Source of the DNA: a virus
Taxonomy: Duplodnaviria; Caudoviricetes
Length of the DNA: 26,143 nucleotides
IMG/VR virus record: IMGVR_UViG_3300020043_000588
Location: 1 to 26,143 of that record
Reading direction: 5' to 3' (one strand)
The translations under genes were made by a program, and so were the position numbers. Positions within the stretch are counted from its first letter, which is position 1; every line of letters starts with the position of its first letter. Below are positions 18,161-26,141 of this stretch, piece by piece. Below the pieces are notes generated by a model, which worked only from the letters and a program-made list of their open reading frames with translations, was not told the DNA's origin and did no database searches.

Positions 18161-18432
18161 TTTGCTTCCTTTTTGCTTTCTTCATTCTGCATGAGTTTGA
18201 TACCGCTCAAGAAACCAATCATGCCGCCAATCAGGGTGCTGAACGCCGGGCTAATCATCTTGAAGATCTCGGCGTTGTCCACTTCCTTGGCCCACAAACC
18301 AAGGAGAAAGGCCGCTACCATGGCCAAAACAGAGATGCACAGGGTTGTGCTTACCATAAGCGTGACGTACAGCGTCAGCTTTTCCTTCGTGTCCGGTATC
18401 GGCTGCTTCGGTCTGCGTATTGGCTTGTCCAT
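18157..18432 (-). CDS. Two-TM membrane protein (holin/antiholin-like)
   Basis: 91 aa with two hydrophobic helices; GAGG RBS; ATGA overlap with holin. Confidence 0.65.
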   Translation of the reverse strand: MDKPIRRPKQPIPDTKEKLTLYVTLMVSTTLCISVLAMVAAFLLGLWAKEVDNAEIFKMISPAFSTLIGGMIGFLSGIKLMQNEESKKEAK

Positions 18433-18438
18433 ATAACC

Positions 18439-18675
18439 TCATACAAAAATCTGAAACCGTCTGCGATTCTCAAACGATCCCAGCTCGATTGTGTTCTGCC
18501 GCGCTTTTTTGTCGTACAGCTCAAGCTCCATCTCAAGCGTTTTAAACTCAAGTTTGTTGGCTTTAATTGCATAACGATACTCTTCCTGCACTTTCTCAAC
18601 AGCCTTCTCAAATGCTAACTGCGCTGCGGTATGGGTTGGCTGCACCATTGGATACCACTTGTCAAAGGTAATCAC
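18439..18675 (-). CDS. Hypothetical coiled-coil protein
   Basis: 78 aa; GTGA overlap with upstream stop; charged helical sequence. Confidence 0.6.
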   Translation of the reverse strand: MITFDKWYPMVQPTHTAAQLAFEKAVEKVQEEYRYAIKANKLEFKTLEMELELYDKKARQNTIELGSFENRRRFQIFV

Positions 18676-18956
18676 TTCTTTTCCCTTTCTACCGCTCTCG
18701 CATAGTAGTAAAGAATTTTTGCCCTCAACTCCGCGCTATCCGCAACCCCCGCCCATAAAGCAAGGTTATTCCAAATAACTACGAGCTGCTCTGAAGTACA
18801 TGAATCGCCGTTTGTTGTCAGCCACCGGGATAACTCCATGTGGCGCAGGGTCGGTTCACCTATCCAGCTCAGCCCATAAAAATCCGAAACTATGCAAAAG
18901 CTCTTCGCACTCGCCCATAAAACCGCGCAGGCTATCAATACAAAAAGAAATCGCAT
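18672..18956 (-). CDS. Hypothetical secreted protein (signal peptide, Cys pair)
   Basis: MRFLFVLIACAVLWASA signal-like N-terminus; two further Cys in the mature part. Confidence 0.65.
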   Translation of the reverse strand: MRFLFVLIACAVLWASAKSFCIVSDFYGLSWIGEPTLRHMELSRWLTTNGDSCTSEQLVVIWNNLALWAGVADSAELRAKILYYYARAVEREKK

Positions 18957-18976
18957 AGTTCATAAGCATTCTCCGG

Positions 18977-19204
18977 TTACTTAGCTTCTACGTCCGACAC
19001 CTTGGGTTCGGCCAATGCTTGCTTGAGTAACTCAAAAAAGGCGTTTCTTCCTACTTGGAGCTGATCTACATTGAATCTTGCTGAGTCCAATTTGCGATCT
19101 AAATCTGCGACATGATTCAGCAGAGCTTGCTGCTGGGGTGTCAGGTCTTCAAACTGGTGCTCAACGCCGTCTATATTCACAGGGGTCTTTTCGTTTTTTC
19201 CCAT
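18977..19204 (-). CDS. Hypothetical coiled-coil protein (tail-fibre-associated)
   Basis: ATG at 19204 with AAAGGA RBS is preferred over the TTG at 19228. Sequence IDGVE...LLNHVADLDRKL...QLQVGRNAF. Confidence 0.72.
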   Translation of the reverse strand: MGKNEKTPVNIDGVEHQFEDLTPQQQALLNHVADLDRKLDSARFNVDQLQVGRNAFFELLKQALAEPKVSDVEAK

Positions 19205-19220
19205 GATTCTTCCTTTAATT

Positions 19221-19248
19221 GCTGCCAAACTCAGGTGGCAGCTTCCTG
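19221..19248 (-). promoter_or_regulatory. Predicted H-type mRNA pseudoknot / hairpin just upstream of RBS
   Basis: CAGG-AA-GCUGCCA-CCUG-AGUU-UGGCAGC gives S1 = 4 bp and S2 = 7 bp; followed by AAUUAAAGGAAGAAUCAUG. Confidence 0.5.
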
Positions 19249-19335
19249 TTTACACTTGTGCGTTACTCTTAATAATCTACCAAGCCAACCTATGTGTTCA
19301 CCACATTTTTGGCAACAGTAACTAGGGCGTTTCAT
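19231..19335 (-). CDS. 34-aa Cys/His microprotein (putative zinc finger), absent from the ORF track
   Basis: MKRPSYCCQKCGEHIGWLGRLLRVTHKCKQEAAT*. ATGA overlap with upstream stop; fills an otherwise empty gap; CxxC...HxC. Confidence 0.65.
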   Translation of the reverse strand: MKRPSYCCQKCGEHIGWLGRLLRVTHKCKQEAAT

Positions 19336-19628
19336 GCTGACCAAGGCAAACCAGTAGCCTTAACAGGGTTTTTCAGCAAAGCAATCTGAGCCGCCAAAGA
19401 AGCCTCTGTAGATTCCTTGTCAACAGATTCCCACACCCATGCCAATACTGTGGCTTCCGTGAGGTTTGCATAGGGAATAACAGGAGTGCCTTCAGCCCAT
19501 GAGACTGTTGCGTAGGCAGAGGCGGTATGCTCGCCATCTACTGCTGTAGCTGACCAATGTGCAACAGAAACGAATCCGTCTGCTGTGTTGCTTTCAAGGG
19601 TGTTGATTTTCCATGTAGTAGTAGTCAT
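19332..19628 (-). CDS. Tail-fibre-associated small protein
   Basis: 98 aa, AAAGGA RBS. TWKINTLE...VAHW...IPYANLTEATVLAWVW...GLPW pattern commonly follows S74-bearing fibres. Confidence 0.7.
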   Translation of the reverse strand: MTTTTWKINTLESNTADGFVSVAHWSATAVDGEHTASAYATVSWAEGTPVIPYANLTEATVLAWVWESVDKESTEASLAAQIALLKNPVKATGLPWSA

Positions 19629-19646
19629 TTTGTTTTCCTTTAGAGT

Positions 19647-21374
19647 TTAAGGGTGAGATGCTTTGTAAGCGTCAAATTCTGCTTTGAGTTCCTGAATAGC
19701 CGCTGTCAATGTAGCAACCAAGAATGACACATCAATGCCTTGATATTTAGGACGAGTCTGCTCATTACCATCCGCATCCGTATATGTTTCAAAAGCGTCT
19801 TTTTCACCAGTTACAGCTTGAGGGCAAACTTCTGCAAGTTCGTGTGCAATAAAACCTTCACCATCGGAACCGTCAGCGTTCCACTTGTAAGTGCAAGGCT
19901 TAAGCAATGCAACCTTGGCAAGCGCACCTGTCATTGGAGTAATGGTGTTCTTTAGGCGGTAATCAGATGATGTGTTATATGAAGTTGATGTGCCACTTGT
20001 AAAAATTGAACCAACAGCGCCATTAGCGTTGGTAAATACAAAGTGACCTTCGCTACCTGTGCCTGACCTGATAGAGCTGTATGTATAACTTGAAGCGCTA
20101 TAAGCACCAATTTTTTCTGAATAGTAAGGTGTAGTCTGCCCCACTAAAAGTGACCCGCTTGAGTCTATACGGGCACGTTCTGTCTTTGATGTTCCTGTTG
20201 CAAATGCAAGCACGCCTGCTGCTCCGTATTCAGCAGTTAATCGAGTTACAGCCGCAGAAGGGAAATCAATATAGAAGTCGCCGTTTGATCCATCTGTTGC
20301 GTGTAATGCAGTTCCAGTAGCAGCGACTTGCAGTTTCAATCTTGCACCTGACCCACTCGTAGTCCCAACCAACAAATTCCCACTAGCATCCAGAGTCATC
20401 AAATCAGAAGTTTGATAACCGCTGTTATACAAAGAACCAAAAGTCATCTTTGCAGCTGCAGACGCATAACTCACACTAATCCGACCAAGACTGTTTGTGC
20501 CATCACGCCACACAATTGACTTGTTACCAGATGGGTTGTCCCATCCTGTTTGTAGTGAAAGTATGTTAACAGCAGAGCCAGTATCAGCATTGATGTGTAA
20601 TTTAGACGCAGGACTACTTGTGCCAATACCCAGACCTGTGCTGGTTAGGCGCATTTGTTCGTTGGTTGCGATTTGCCATGCTTGGTATCCAGTATTAGCT
20701 ACATTTGAAATAAGGCTTGGCGCTCCGTTATAACCACCTGTAATAACTGCGTAATTTGTGCTAGCTGCGTAGAAAGTAATCTGGGCTTGAGTTAAATCAC
20801 CAGAACCAGTATTACTAAGACGCAATAACTCAACAGGTGAAGCGCTTGCGCTTGATGCAATTGTTTGCTTAGTACCATCAAACACTAGCGCAGAACCGCT
20901 TGTAACAACCTTAGAGCCGTTTAAATACAGAACGCCATTGGCTGTGCCGCCGGGAAGAATAATGCTACTGGGGCTGGATACTTCAACAAAGTCAGAGCCA
21001 TTCCAAGCAACGACTGTTCTGGCGCCGTTGGCAATCGTTACGCCTGTTGTCGGGCCAGCACCAACCAAAGTAACTGCATATCCGCCTGTGGTTGCGTTGA
21101 TAACCGTGTAGATCTTTGACTGCGCCGGAGCGGTCACTGTACGAACAGCTGTACGCGAACCTGAAAACAGCAGAATCGCTTCTCGCGCTGTATTGGCTGC
21201 ACCGGTCGTGGTGGTCAGTGTGACATCGCCGTCAGTGCTGACGTTGGTTGTACCCGCAACAGCTGAGTCGATTAAAGAAGTAATACTATTGTTTACAACG
21301 TCACCCCATGTCCCGCTCAGTTCGCCCGTAACAGGAAGCGCCAAACCTAGAAGAGATGTATATGCTGTGGTCAT
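19647..21374 (-). CDS. Tail fibre/spike with C-terminal intramolecular chaperone (peptidase S74)
   Basis: N-terminal anchor GELSGTWG; three R/TxDxSGxLxxGT hinge repeats; TSSDYRLK autocleavage motif (~19955-19970); GFIAHEL and C-terminal coiled coil. Confidence 0.88.
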   Translation of the reverse strand: MTTAYTSLLGLALPVTGELSGTWGDVVNNSITSLIDSAVAGTTNVSTDGDVTLTTTTGAANTAREAILLFSGSRTAVRTVTAPAQSKIYTVINATTGGYAVTLVGAGPTTGVTIANGARTVVAWNGSDFVEVSSPSSIILPGGTANGVLYLNGSKVVTSGSALVFDGTKQTIASSASASPVELLRLSNTGSGDLTQAQITFYAASTNYAVITGGYNGAPSLISNVANTGYQAWQIATNEQMRLTSTGLGIGTSSPASKLHINADTGSAVNILSLQTGWDNPSGNKSIVWRDGTNSLGRISVSYASAAAKMTFGSLYNSGYQTSDLMTLDASGNLLVGTTSGSGARLKLQVAATGTALHATDGSNGDFYIDFPSAAVTRLTAEYGAAGVLAFATGTSKTERARIDSSGSLLVGQTTPYYSEKIGAYSASSYTYSSIRSGTGSEGHFVFTNANGAVGSIFTSGTSTSYNTSSDYRLKNTITPMTGALAKVALLKPCTYKWNADGSDGEGFIAHELAEVCPQAVTGEKDAFETYTDADGNEQTRPKYQGIDVSFLVATLTAAIQELKAEFDAYKASHP

Positions 21375-21375
21375 T

Positions 21376-22173
21376 TCAGAGTCCTTGGGTCAAATATGTG
21401 TGCGCCTTGCGCTGTTTAATCAAAACAACCATCTTTTTACTAACGCCAAATTTGGCAGCAGTTTTATTCAATGATTCATTGTGAAAGAATATATCGCGTA
21501 CCGTCTGCTCTGACAACTTTGCATTTGGGCCACGTTTACCTCTACGCAAATCCGCAGCTTTTGCAATAGCTTGTGCATGATACTTTGCAAGATTTGCCCG
21601 TTTTTCTTTCAATGTCTCGGCTGACATTACATCATGCCTGACACCCTTGCCACGTTTAATCGGTGGATACTTTGCGTTTAAATGCGTCCAAGAGCTGCCG
21701 TTACGCGCATCCTTAACCGTGTCAATCGAGCAATCCAACTCAAACTTATCAGCAATCAAAGCTAATACATCTGCATTAGAGATGTTCCAGTGCTGCGGAT
21801 CTCTGGCAAACGCCACGATTTCTTCTGTCAGCAAAGATGAGTATATGGCTTCACCAAACTTCTGATCCACCCGGTCTTTGCCTTCGCCGCCGGCAGTCAG
21901 GTTGTATCCTTGACCATTCTTGGCGTGGGTATTGTGCTCAATGATTAGCTCGCACTCAAAACGCTGGAGTTCTTCAAATGATGATGCTTCACGGATGATT
22001 GCAATATTGAAGTTGTCTGTGCCGTACTTACGCATGGCTCTGTACAGACGCTTATCATTGCCTGTTCGTGCTGCGCACAAATGCTCACGCCAACGCTTAG
22101 CCAAAGCGCACTGGGTAATCCCAATGTAGCCATGTCCATTTACGTTGTTCGTGATCTTGTAAACCAGCATCAT
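21376..22173 (-). CDS. Free-standing GIY-YIG homing endonuclease with two HTH-like C-terminal modules
   Basis: VYKITN...GYIGIT, RWREH, conserved Glu helix, GYNLTAGGEG; two helical DNA-binding-like repeats. Confidence 0.88.
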   Translation of the reverse strand: MMLVYKITNNVNGHGYIGITQCALAKRWREHLCAARTGNDKRLYRAMRKYGTDNFNIAIIREASSFEELQRFECELIIEHNTHAKNGQGYNLTAGGEGKDRVDQKFGEAIYSSLLTEEIVAFARDPQHWNISNADVLALIADKFELDCSIDTVKDARNGSSWTHLNAKYPPIKRGKGVRHDVMSAETLKEKRANLAKYHAQAIAKAADLRRGKRGPNAKLSEQTVRDIFFHNESLNKTAAKFGVSKKMVVLIKQRKAHTYLTQGL

Positions 22174-22177
22174 TTCC

Positions 22178-22999
22178 TCAAGTTACGATTTCTTCCCAAT
22201 CGGCAGTTTCCGTAGTGTCAACTATATTCCAAGTGGGGGTCTGTGAGTTGGTGATATTTTGCCAGTTTGCAGTTTCGCTGTCATCAATTAGTTTCCAATA
22301 AACTGCGATTACATCACCGGCATAACCACTGGCAAGATTCCCGGTCAAAGCAAATACTCGTGGGCCAAGCGCCATTGAGCCAACTGCTGCGCTGGATGCC
22401 ACTCCGGTCAGGGCAATCTCCCTATCTCCAGATACCGATCCAACTGCTCCGGTCGCACTGTTTGGCAACAGAGGAACAATAACTGCATTGACTGCACCAA
22501 GGGCGGCTACACCACTTAACTCAACAGATGCAGACTGAACAACTGTACCGACCGCGCCTTCCGCTGCAACGCCTGTAATTGCCGCAGTCTTATCCGCAAC
22601 AGCCGTCCCAACTAAACCAGAACCCAGAACACCTGACAGCTCAACGGTTGACGAGTTAACAACAGAGCCAACTGCTCCCGAGGCTTCAACGCCTGATATG
22701 GCTGTGGCTTTACTCTGGGTAACTGACCCAACTTCACCAGCGGCAGCTACGCCCGTCAGGGCTATCTCTAAAGTTAAACCAACGGAGCCAACCTCACCAG
22801 TTGCTACATCACCCTGCTCTGGGATGACAATAGACTCAGCAACGTCCCCGACTAAGCCAGAAGCGCCAACGCCTGAGAGAGCAACAACCCGGTCAGATGT
22901 GACTGTGCCCACCGCACCAGAGGCGGCGACACCTGTGGCATCGAGAGTACCGCCCCAGCCATTACTCCCCCACGCGCCGTCACCCCAGCCGAGAGACAT
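22178..22999 (-). CDS. Virion structural repeat protein (GWG N-terminus, ~20-aa G/A/V repeats, Trp-periodic C-terminus)
   Basis: GWGDGAWGSNGWGG; repeated LSGVxAxGxVGxV units; W every 11 aa at the C-terminus. Confidence 0.7.
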   Translation of the reverse strand: MSLGWGDGAWGSNGWGGTLDATGVAASGAVGTVTSDRVVALSGVGASGLVGDVAESIVIPEQGDVATGEVGSVGLTLEIALTGVAAAGEVGSVTQSKATAISGVEASGAVGSVVNSSTVELSGVLGSGLVGTAVADKTAAITGVAAEGAVGTVVQSASVELSGVAALGAVNAVIVPLLPNSATGAVGSVSGDREIALTGVASSAAVGSMALGPRVFALTGNLASGYAGDVIAVYWKLIDDSETANWQNITNSQTPTWNIVDTTETADWEEIVT

Positions 23000-23009
23000 G
23001 GCTTACCTT

Positions 23010-23486
23010 TTAGGTTGTGGACAAGCGCAGCAAAGCGGTTGTTGTGGTGTTGGAAGGCATGGTCAGTGTGAACGTACCAGCCGTAATGGTCTGTGAACCA
23101 AATGTATGGACAGAAACAGCCTTGTTAGACTGGCTGCTGTTGTAAATCAACACGGCATCAAACGCTGTGCTCAAAGTCACAGTCGTGTAAGTGATAGATG
23201 CTGAAGGTGTCCAGTAAGCCACACCAGCAGTTGTTGAGCTGTTTGTAGCTGTAGGAGCCGTAGCGTTAGTCACAGTCACGCCGCCAGCGGTATAGCCCGT
23301 ACCAGTAACTTCACCGGTAGAAGAATATGCTGTGGTAGCTGCGTTAACAGTGGCTGAAGTCAGATACAAAGCCGCTTTGAATGTGTCAGCAGTAGTAGCC
23401 GCACGGATTGGAGCAGTGCCAAAGTTATGGGTGGCCGTCATGAGTTCGCCCATGAACGAAGTGCACATTGATTGAGTATTAGCCAT
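23010..23486 (-). CDS. Virion structural protein (paralog of 23687-24103)
   Basis: 158 aa Thr/Ala-rich; TSF..EL...HN...FKAALY...AATTAYS...EVTGTGYTAGG; TAAGGA RBS. Confidence 0.75.
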   Translation of the reverse strand: MANTQSMCTSFMGELMTATHNFGTAPIRAATTADTFKAALYLTSATVNAATTAYSSTGEVTGTGYTAGGVTVTNATAPTATNSSTTAGVAYWTPSASITYTTVTLSTAFDAVLIYNSSQSNKAVSVHTFGSQTITAGTFTLTMPSNTTTTALLRLSTT

Positions 23487-23495
23487 GATGGTTCC

Positions 23496-23690
23496 TTATG
23501 CAATAGACGCTGCTTCAGCAACGGTGTAAGTTGTGGGTTTCTTTAAAGTCACATGGACTGAACGGTGAACCAATTCACCCTCAAGCCAATACTCCACCCA
23601 AGTGGTGTTCTCGTTGTCATTATCCACGACTCCTTCTTTCTTCTCAAGAAGAGAATCATCTATTTCGCCTTTGGTAGTAGTAACGATCAA
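23496..23690 (-). CDS. Hypothetical protein
   Basis: 64 aa; AGGAG RBS and TTGA overlap; WVEYWLEGELVHRSVHV motif. Confidence 0.7.
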   Translation of the reverse strand: MIVTTTKGEIDDSLLEKKEGVVDNDNENTTWVEYWLEGELVHRSVHVTLKKPTTYTVAEAASIA

Positions 23691-24103
23691 TTTGAACTCC
23701 TGATTAGAGCTGCCGATGCAGTATTGGCAGGCATTGTGATTGTGAAGTTGGAAGATGTTTTGTCTGAGCCAAAGTCCAGCACAGCGATAGACTTATTACC
23801 CTGAGTCACGTTGTAGATCAAAGCACAGCGAGCAGTCACTGCGGCGTTAAACACAACGTTGCTAAAGTTAATGTAAGCCGTGTAGCCATCAGAGTTAAGC
23901 GTCACTCCAGTTAGAGTAACGCCACCGGCCACATAGCCAGTCCCTGTCACTTCATCGGTTGTGGAGTAAACGGTTGTGGCAGCGTTTAAATCTGCGTTTG
24001 CCGTGTACAGCGCAATCTTGAGCGTGTCCGTAAGCATGTTGTGAACAGCTTGGTACAACTCCGTTTTGAAGCTGGTGGTTTGGGTTTGGACAATTGAACT
24101 CAT
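23687..24103 (-). CDS. Virion structural protein (paralog of 23010-23486)
   Basis: 138 aa; TSFKTEL...HN...LKIALYT...AATTVYS...EVTGTGYVAGG; ALIYN...AVLDFG. Confidence 0.75.
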   Translation of the reverse strand: MSSIVQTQTTSFKTELYQAVHNMLTDTLKIALYTANADLNAATTVYSTTDEVTGTGYVAGGVTLTGVTLNSDGYTAYINFSNVVFNAAVTARCALIYNVTQGNKSIAVLDFGSDKTSSNFTITMPANTASAALIRSSN

Positions 24104-24948
24104 GCGACTTGAACCCTAACTTGTCCATCCCGGTATGCATCGCCACGTTGCTTGCCATCGCCAAGGTTTTTATACAAAGCAATTGCTTGTGTATAACGCT
24201 CTTGCGCCAAGCCAATCATGTCGCCTTCACCCTTCATGTAAACAAGGGCTTCGCAGATTGTGCCGTACAGCAATACAGAGTCAAAGTTATCACCCAACCA
24301 AGTAGTGCCAGCGGTAACGATGGACTCTGGGTAGTAGTAATAATGCAGCTCTGCAACGTAAGTCGCATCTGGTGTTGGGCCAACAATGAACGACAACTCA
24401 TTTGTAACCACGCCACCGGTGACGGTCGGGCCAAACAATGCGTAGTGCTTAGGCTCAGCCACGTAAGAAGACAAAGGATAGGCAGAACGGATAAAGTTCA
24501 CATCCTTGTTCAACAAGTACAAGTAGTCGCCTTGGAATGTCACTGAGCTTGAAACCGTAGTTGCGTTAGCTACAGTCAAATAGATTGTGGTTCCGCTAAT
24601 ACTACGAACAACAGCGTTAGTGCCAATACCTGAGCCTGTTACTTGCTGACCCACCGCAATACCCGTAGTAGAAGCAACCACAATTGACTTAGATCCAGCA
24701 GTGCCGGTAGCAGTTGTAGTGTTCTGCGGGTATACGGCAAGGCTATATACAGAGAGAAAATCCTCTGGTGCAGACAAGTACTTATTTGTCGAGGTAATCG
24801 TGCCTGTCACATTCTTCCGCAAGTTTGCTGGCTGCGCAGTGTTGTAAATGCGCTGCTCCGCCTGACGGATAAAAATATCCATGTCAGTCGTTGGAAAATT
24901 GTTTTCGCAGTAATCTTGTACCGCGACGACAAGCTCGGCGTAGTTCAT
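24100..24948 (-). CDS. Head-tail adaptor / tail tubular protein A-like, with inserted beta-rich domain
   Basis: MNYAELV..VQDY.E...FIRQAEQRI; PKHYA; GPTPD.TY..ELHY; TWLG...LLYG, all typical of podovirus adaptor proteins. Confidence 0.72.
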   Translation of the reverse strand: MNYAELVVAVQDYCENNFPTTDMDIFIRQAEQRIYNTAQPANLRKNVTGTITSTNKYLSAPEDFLSVYSLAVYPQNTTTATGTAGSKSIVVASTTGIAVGQQVTGSGIGTNAVVRSISGTTIYLTVANATTVSSSVTFQGDYLYLLNKDVNFIRSAYPLSSYVAEPKHYALFGPTVTGGVVTNELSFIVGPTPDATYVAELHYYYYPESIVTAGTTWLGDNFDSVLLYGTICEALVYMKGEGDMIGLAQERYTQAIALYKNLGDGKQRGDAYRDGQVRVQVA

Positions 24949-25208
24949 GCCATCGGGCCTCGTGCCATCAAGCCTTTAGTAGCTGCGCCAGTACCGCGAA
25001 CTTTGATGCCGCTGGTTTTAGCAGGCTTATCGCCAGACTTGTTGAACGCGCCAACGCTCATATTAACTGTGTCAAGACGGCTATGGTTTGGCTCTTTACC
25101 GGGATTGCTAGAAGCTTTCACTTCTTTACCAGTCATGGTATGTGGCTTGGCATAAACGCTGGCATCGCCAACTTCTTTGCCCATCATCTTTTTGCTGAAT
25201 GTTGCCAT
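24945..25208 (-). CDS. Small basic protein
   Basis: 87 aa Lys/Gly-rich; C-terminal GIKVRGTGAATKG; GAGG RBS. Confidence 0.7.
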   Translation of the reverse strand: MATFSKKMMGKEVGDASVYAKPHTMTGKEVKASSNPGKEPNHSRLDTVNMSVGAFNKSGDKPAKTSGIKVRGTGAATKGLMARGPMA

Positions 25209-25210
25209 GA

Positions 25211-25396
25211 TTAGCCTCGCTTTTGGTTCATTGCACGAGCCATATTGCGACCGACTTTACGCATGGCTTCACCAGTCACGCCTTTGGTCTTCTTGCCGCC
25301 CATAACTTCCTTGGCTGTAGGGCCGCTATCGCCCAAGTTCTTGCCTTCGGTCTTGCCTTTTTTGGCGATGCCGTCTGCTGATCGAGTGAATGCCAT
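25211..25396 (-). CDS. Small basic protein
   Basis: 61 aa; ADGIAKKGKT motif; TAAGGAG RBS. Confidence 0.7.
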   Translation of the reverse strand: MAFTRSADGIAKKGKTEGKNLGDSGPTAKEVMGGKKTKGVTGEAMRKVGRNMARAMNQKRG

Positions 25397-25407
25397 GTTT
25401 AAACTCC

Positions 25408-25791
25408 TTAAGATATTGATACTGTACCAACAAATGTCGTTGCCACCAAGTAATTTGGTGTCAATCCTGCGTCAAAATTACTAGCCCCGCCTACTGGTCG
25501 CCAGCCCCACTGGATGTCTCGTGAACCACCAGACAAGTTTCCGTTTGAGTTAACACCAGAAGTCACGTACGTTGTGTCCTTACGGGGGTTACGCAAAGCC
25601 TGTGGGTCGTCTACCGGGAACGTTCCTAACATCAACTGCGGCTGATCTGGGTCCCAGCAAGTTGGGCAAACCAACAGCTCGTACTTACGCTGCTTAATGA
25701 TCTCAGTCTTAAGCTGTTTCAGTTGGTACTGCTGGCCGCAGCGATCACATTCAGCAATCGCTATCTTGCCGGATGCAAATCTTTGACCCAT
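25408..25791 (-). CDS. CxxC-CxxC zinc-binding putative virion protein
   Basis: CDRC...CPTC; DQPQL...DPQALRNPR; TAATG overlap. Confidence 0.72.
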   Translation of the reverse strand: MGQRFASGKIAIAECDRCGQQYQLKQLKTEIIKQRKYELLVCPTCWDPDQPQLMLGTFPVDDPQALRNPRKDTTYVTSGVNSNGNLSGGSRDIQWGWRPVGGASNFDAGLTPNYLVATTFVGTVSIS

Positions 25792-26141
25792 TAGTAGCTA
25801 CCGCCAATGTATTGCTGTCTTGGCACGAACCTGACCGGAGCCTTCTCACGATCTTCGCCCGCTGCAATCTCAAACGTTTCGTCGTACATCTGCTTAAGCA
25901 TCTGGATGCGGGGCATCAGCTCTGGCACTTTGATAGCGATGTGATACGCCAAGCCCGCTACCAAGCAAGGCAGGAAACGGAAGTTCATGTCGGCTGTCTC
26001 AATACCAGCGCCAGCATCTTGCACTCGGCGCAGTCTCCAGTATACGAATTGGTACGTTGTAGAGTTATCTGGGGTAGGCCACAAAGTCACCGCTGGAAGC
26101 TGTGGCACAAAGATCGCATCGCCATCACTGTGTGCGGCTGC
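25791..26141 (-). CDS. Head-tail connector / tail tubular A-like protein, C-terminal part (5'-truncated by window edge)
   Basis: Frame is open to the window end (AAAHSDGDAIFVPQLP...). LWPTPD...FRFLPCLVAGLAY...LKQMYDE.F..A..EDR pattern. Confidence 0.72.
   Translation of the reverse strand, partial: AAAHSDGDAIFVPQLPAVTLWPTPDNSTTYQFVYWRLRRVQDAGAGIETADMNFRFLPCLVAGLAYHIAIKVPELMPRIQMLKQMYDETFEIAAGEDREKAPVRFVPRQQYIGGSY

Noticed and set aside
19205-19228. TTG start at 19228 for the 83-aa ORF
   Set aside because: It lies inside the predicted RNA structure; the ATG at 19204 has a proper AAAGGA RBS.
19647-21374. Diversity-generating retroelement or invertible tail-fibre cassette
   Set aside because: No reverse transcriptase, recombinase or duplicated template repeat seen in the window.
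21376-22173. Group I intron around the GIY-YIG gene
   Set aside because: Flanking genes are intact and only 1-4 nt of non-coding DNA flank it, leaving no room for ribozyme structure.
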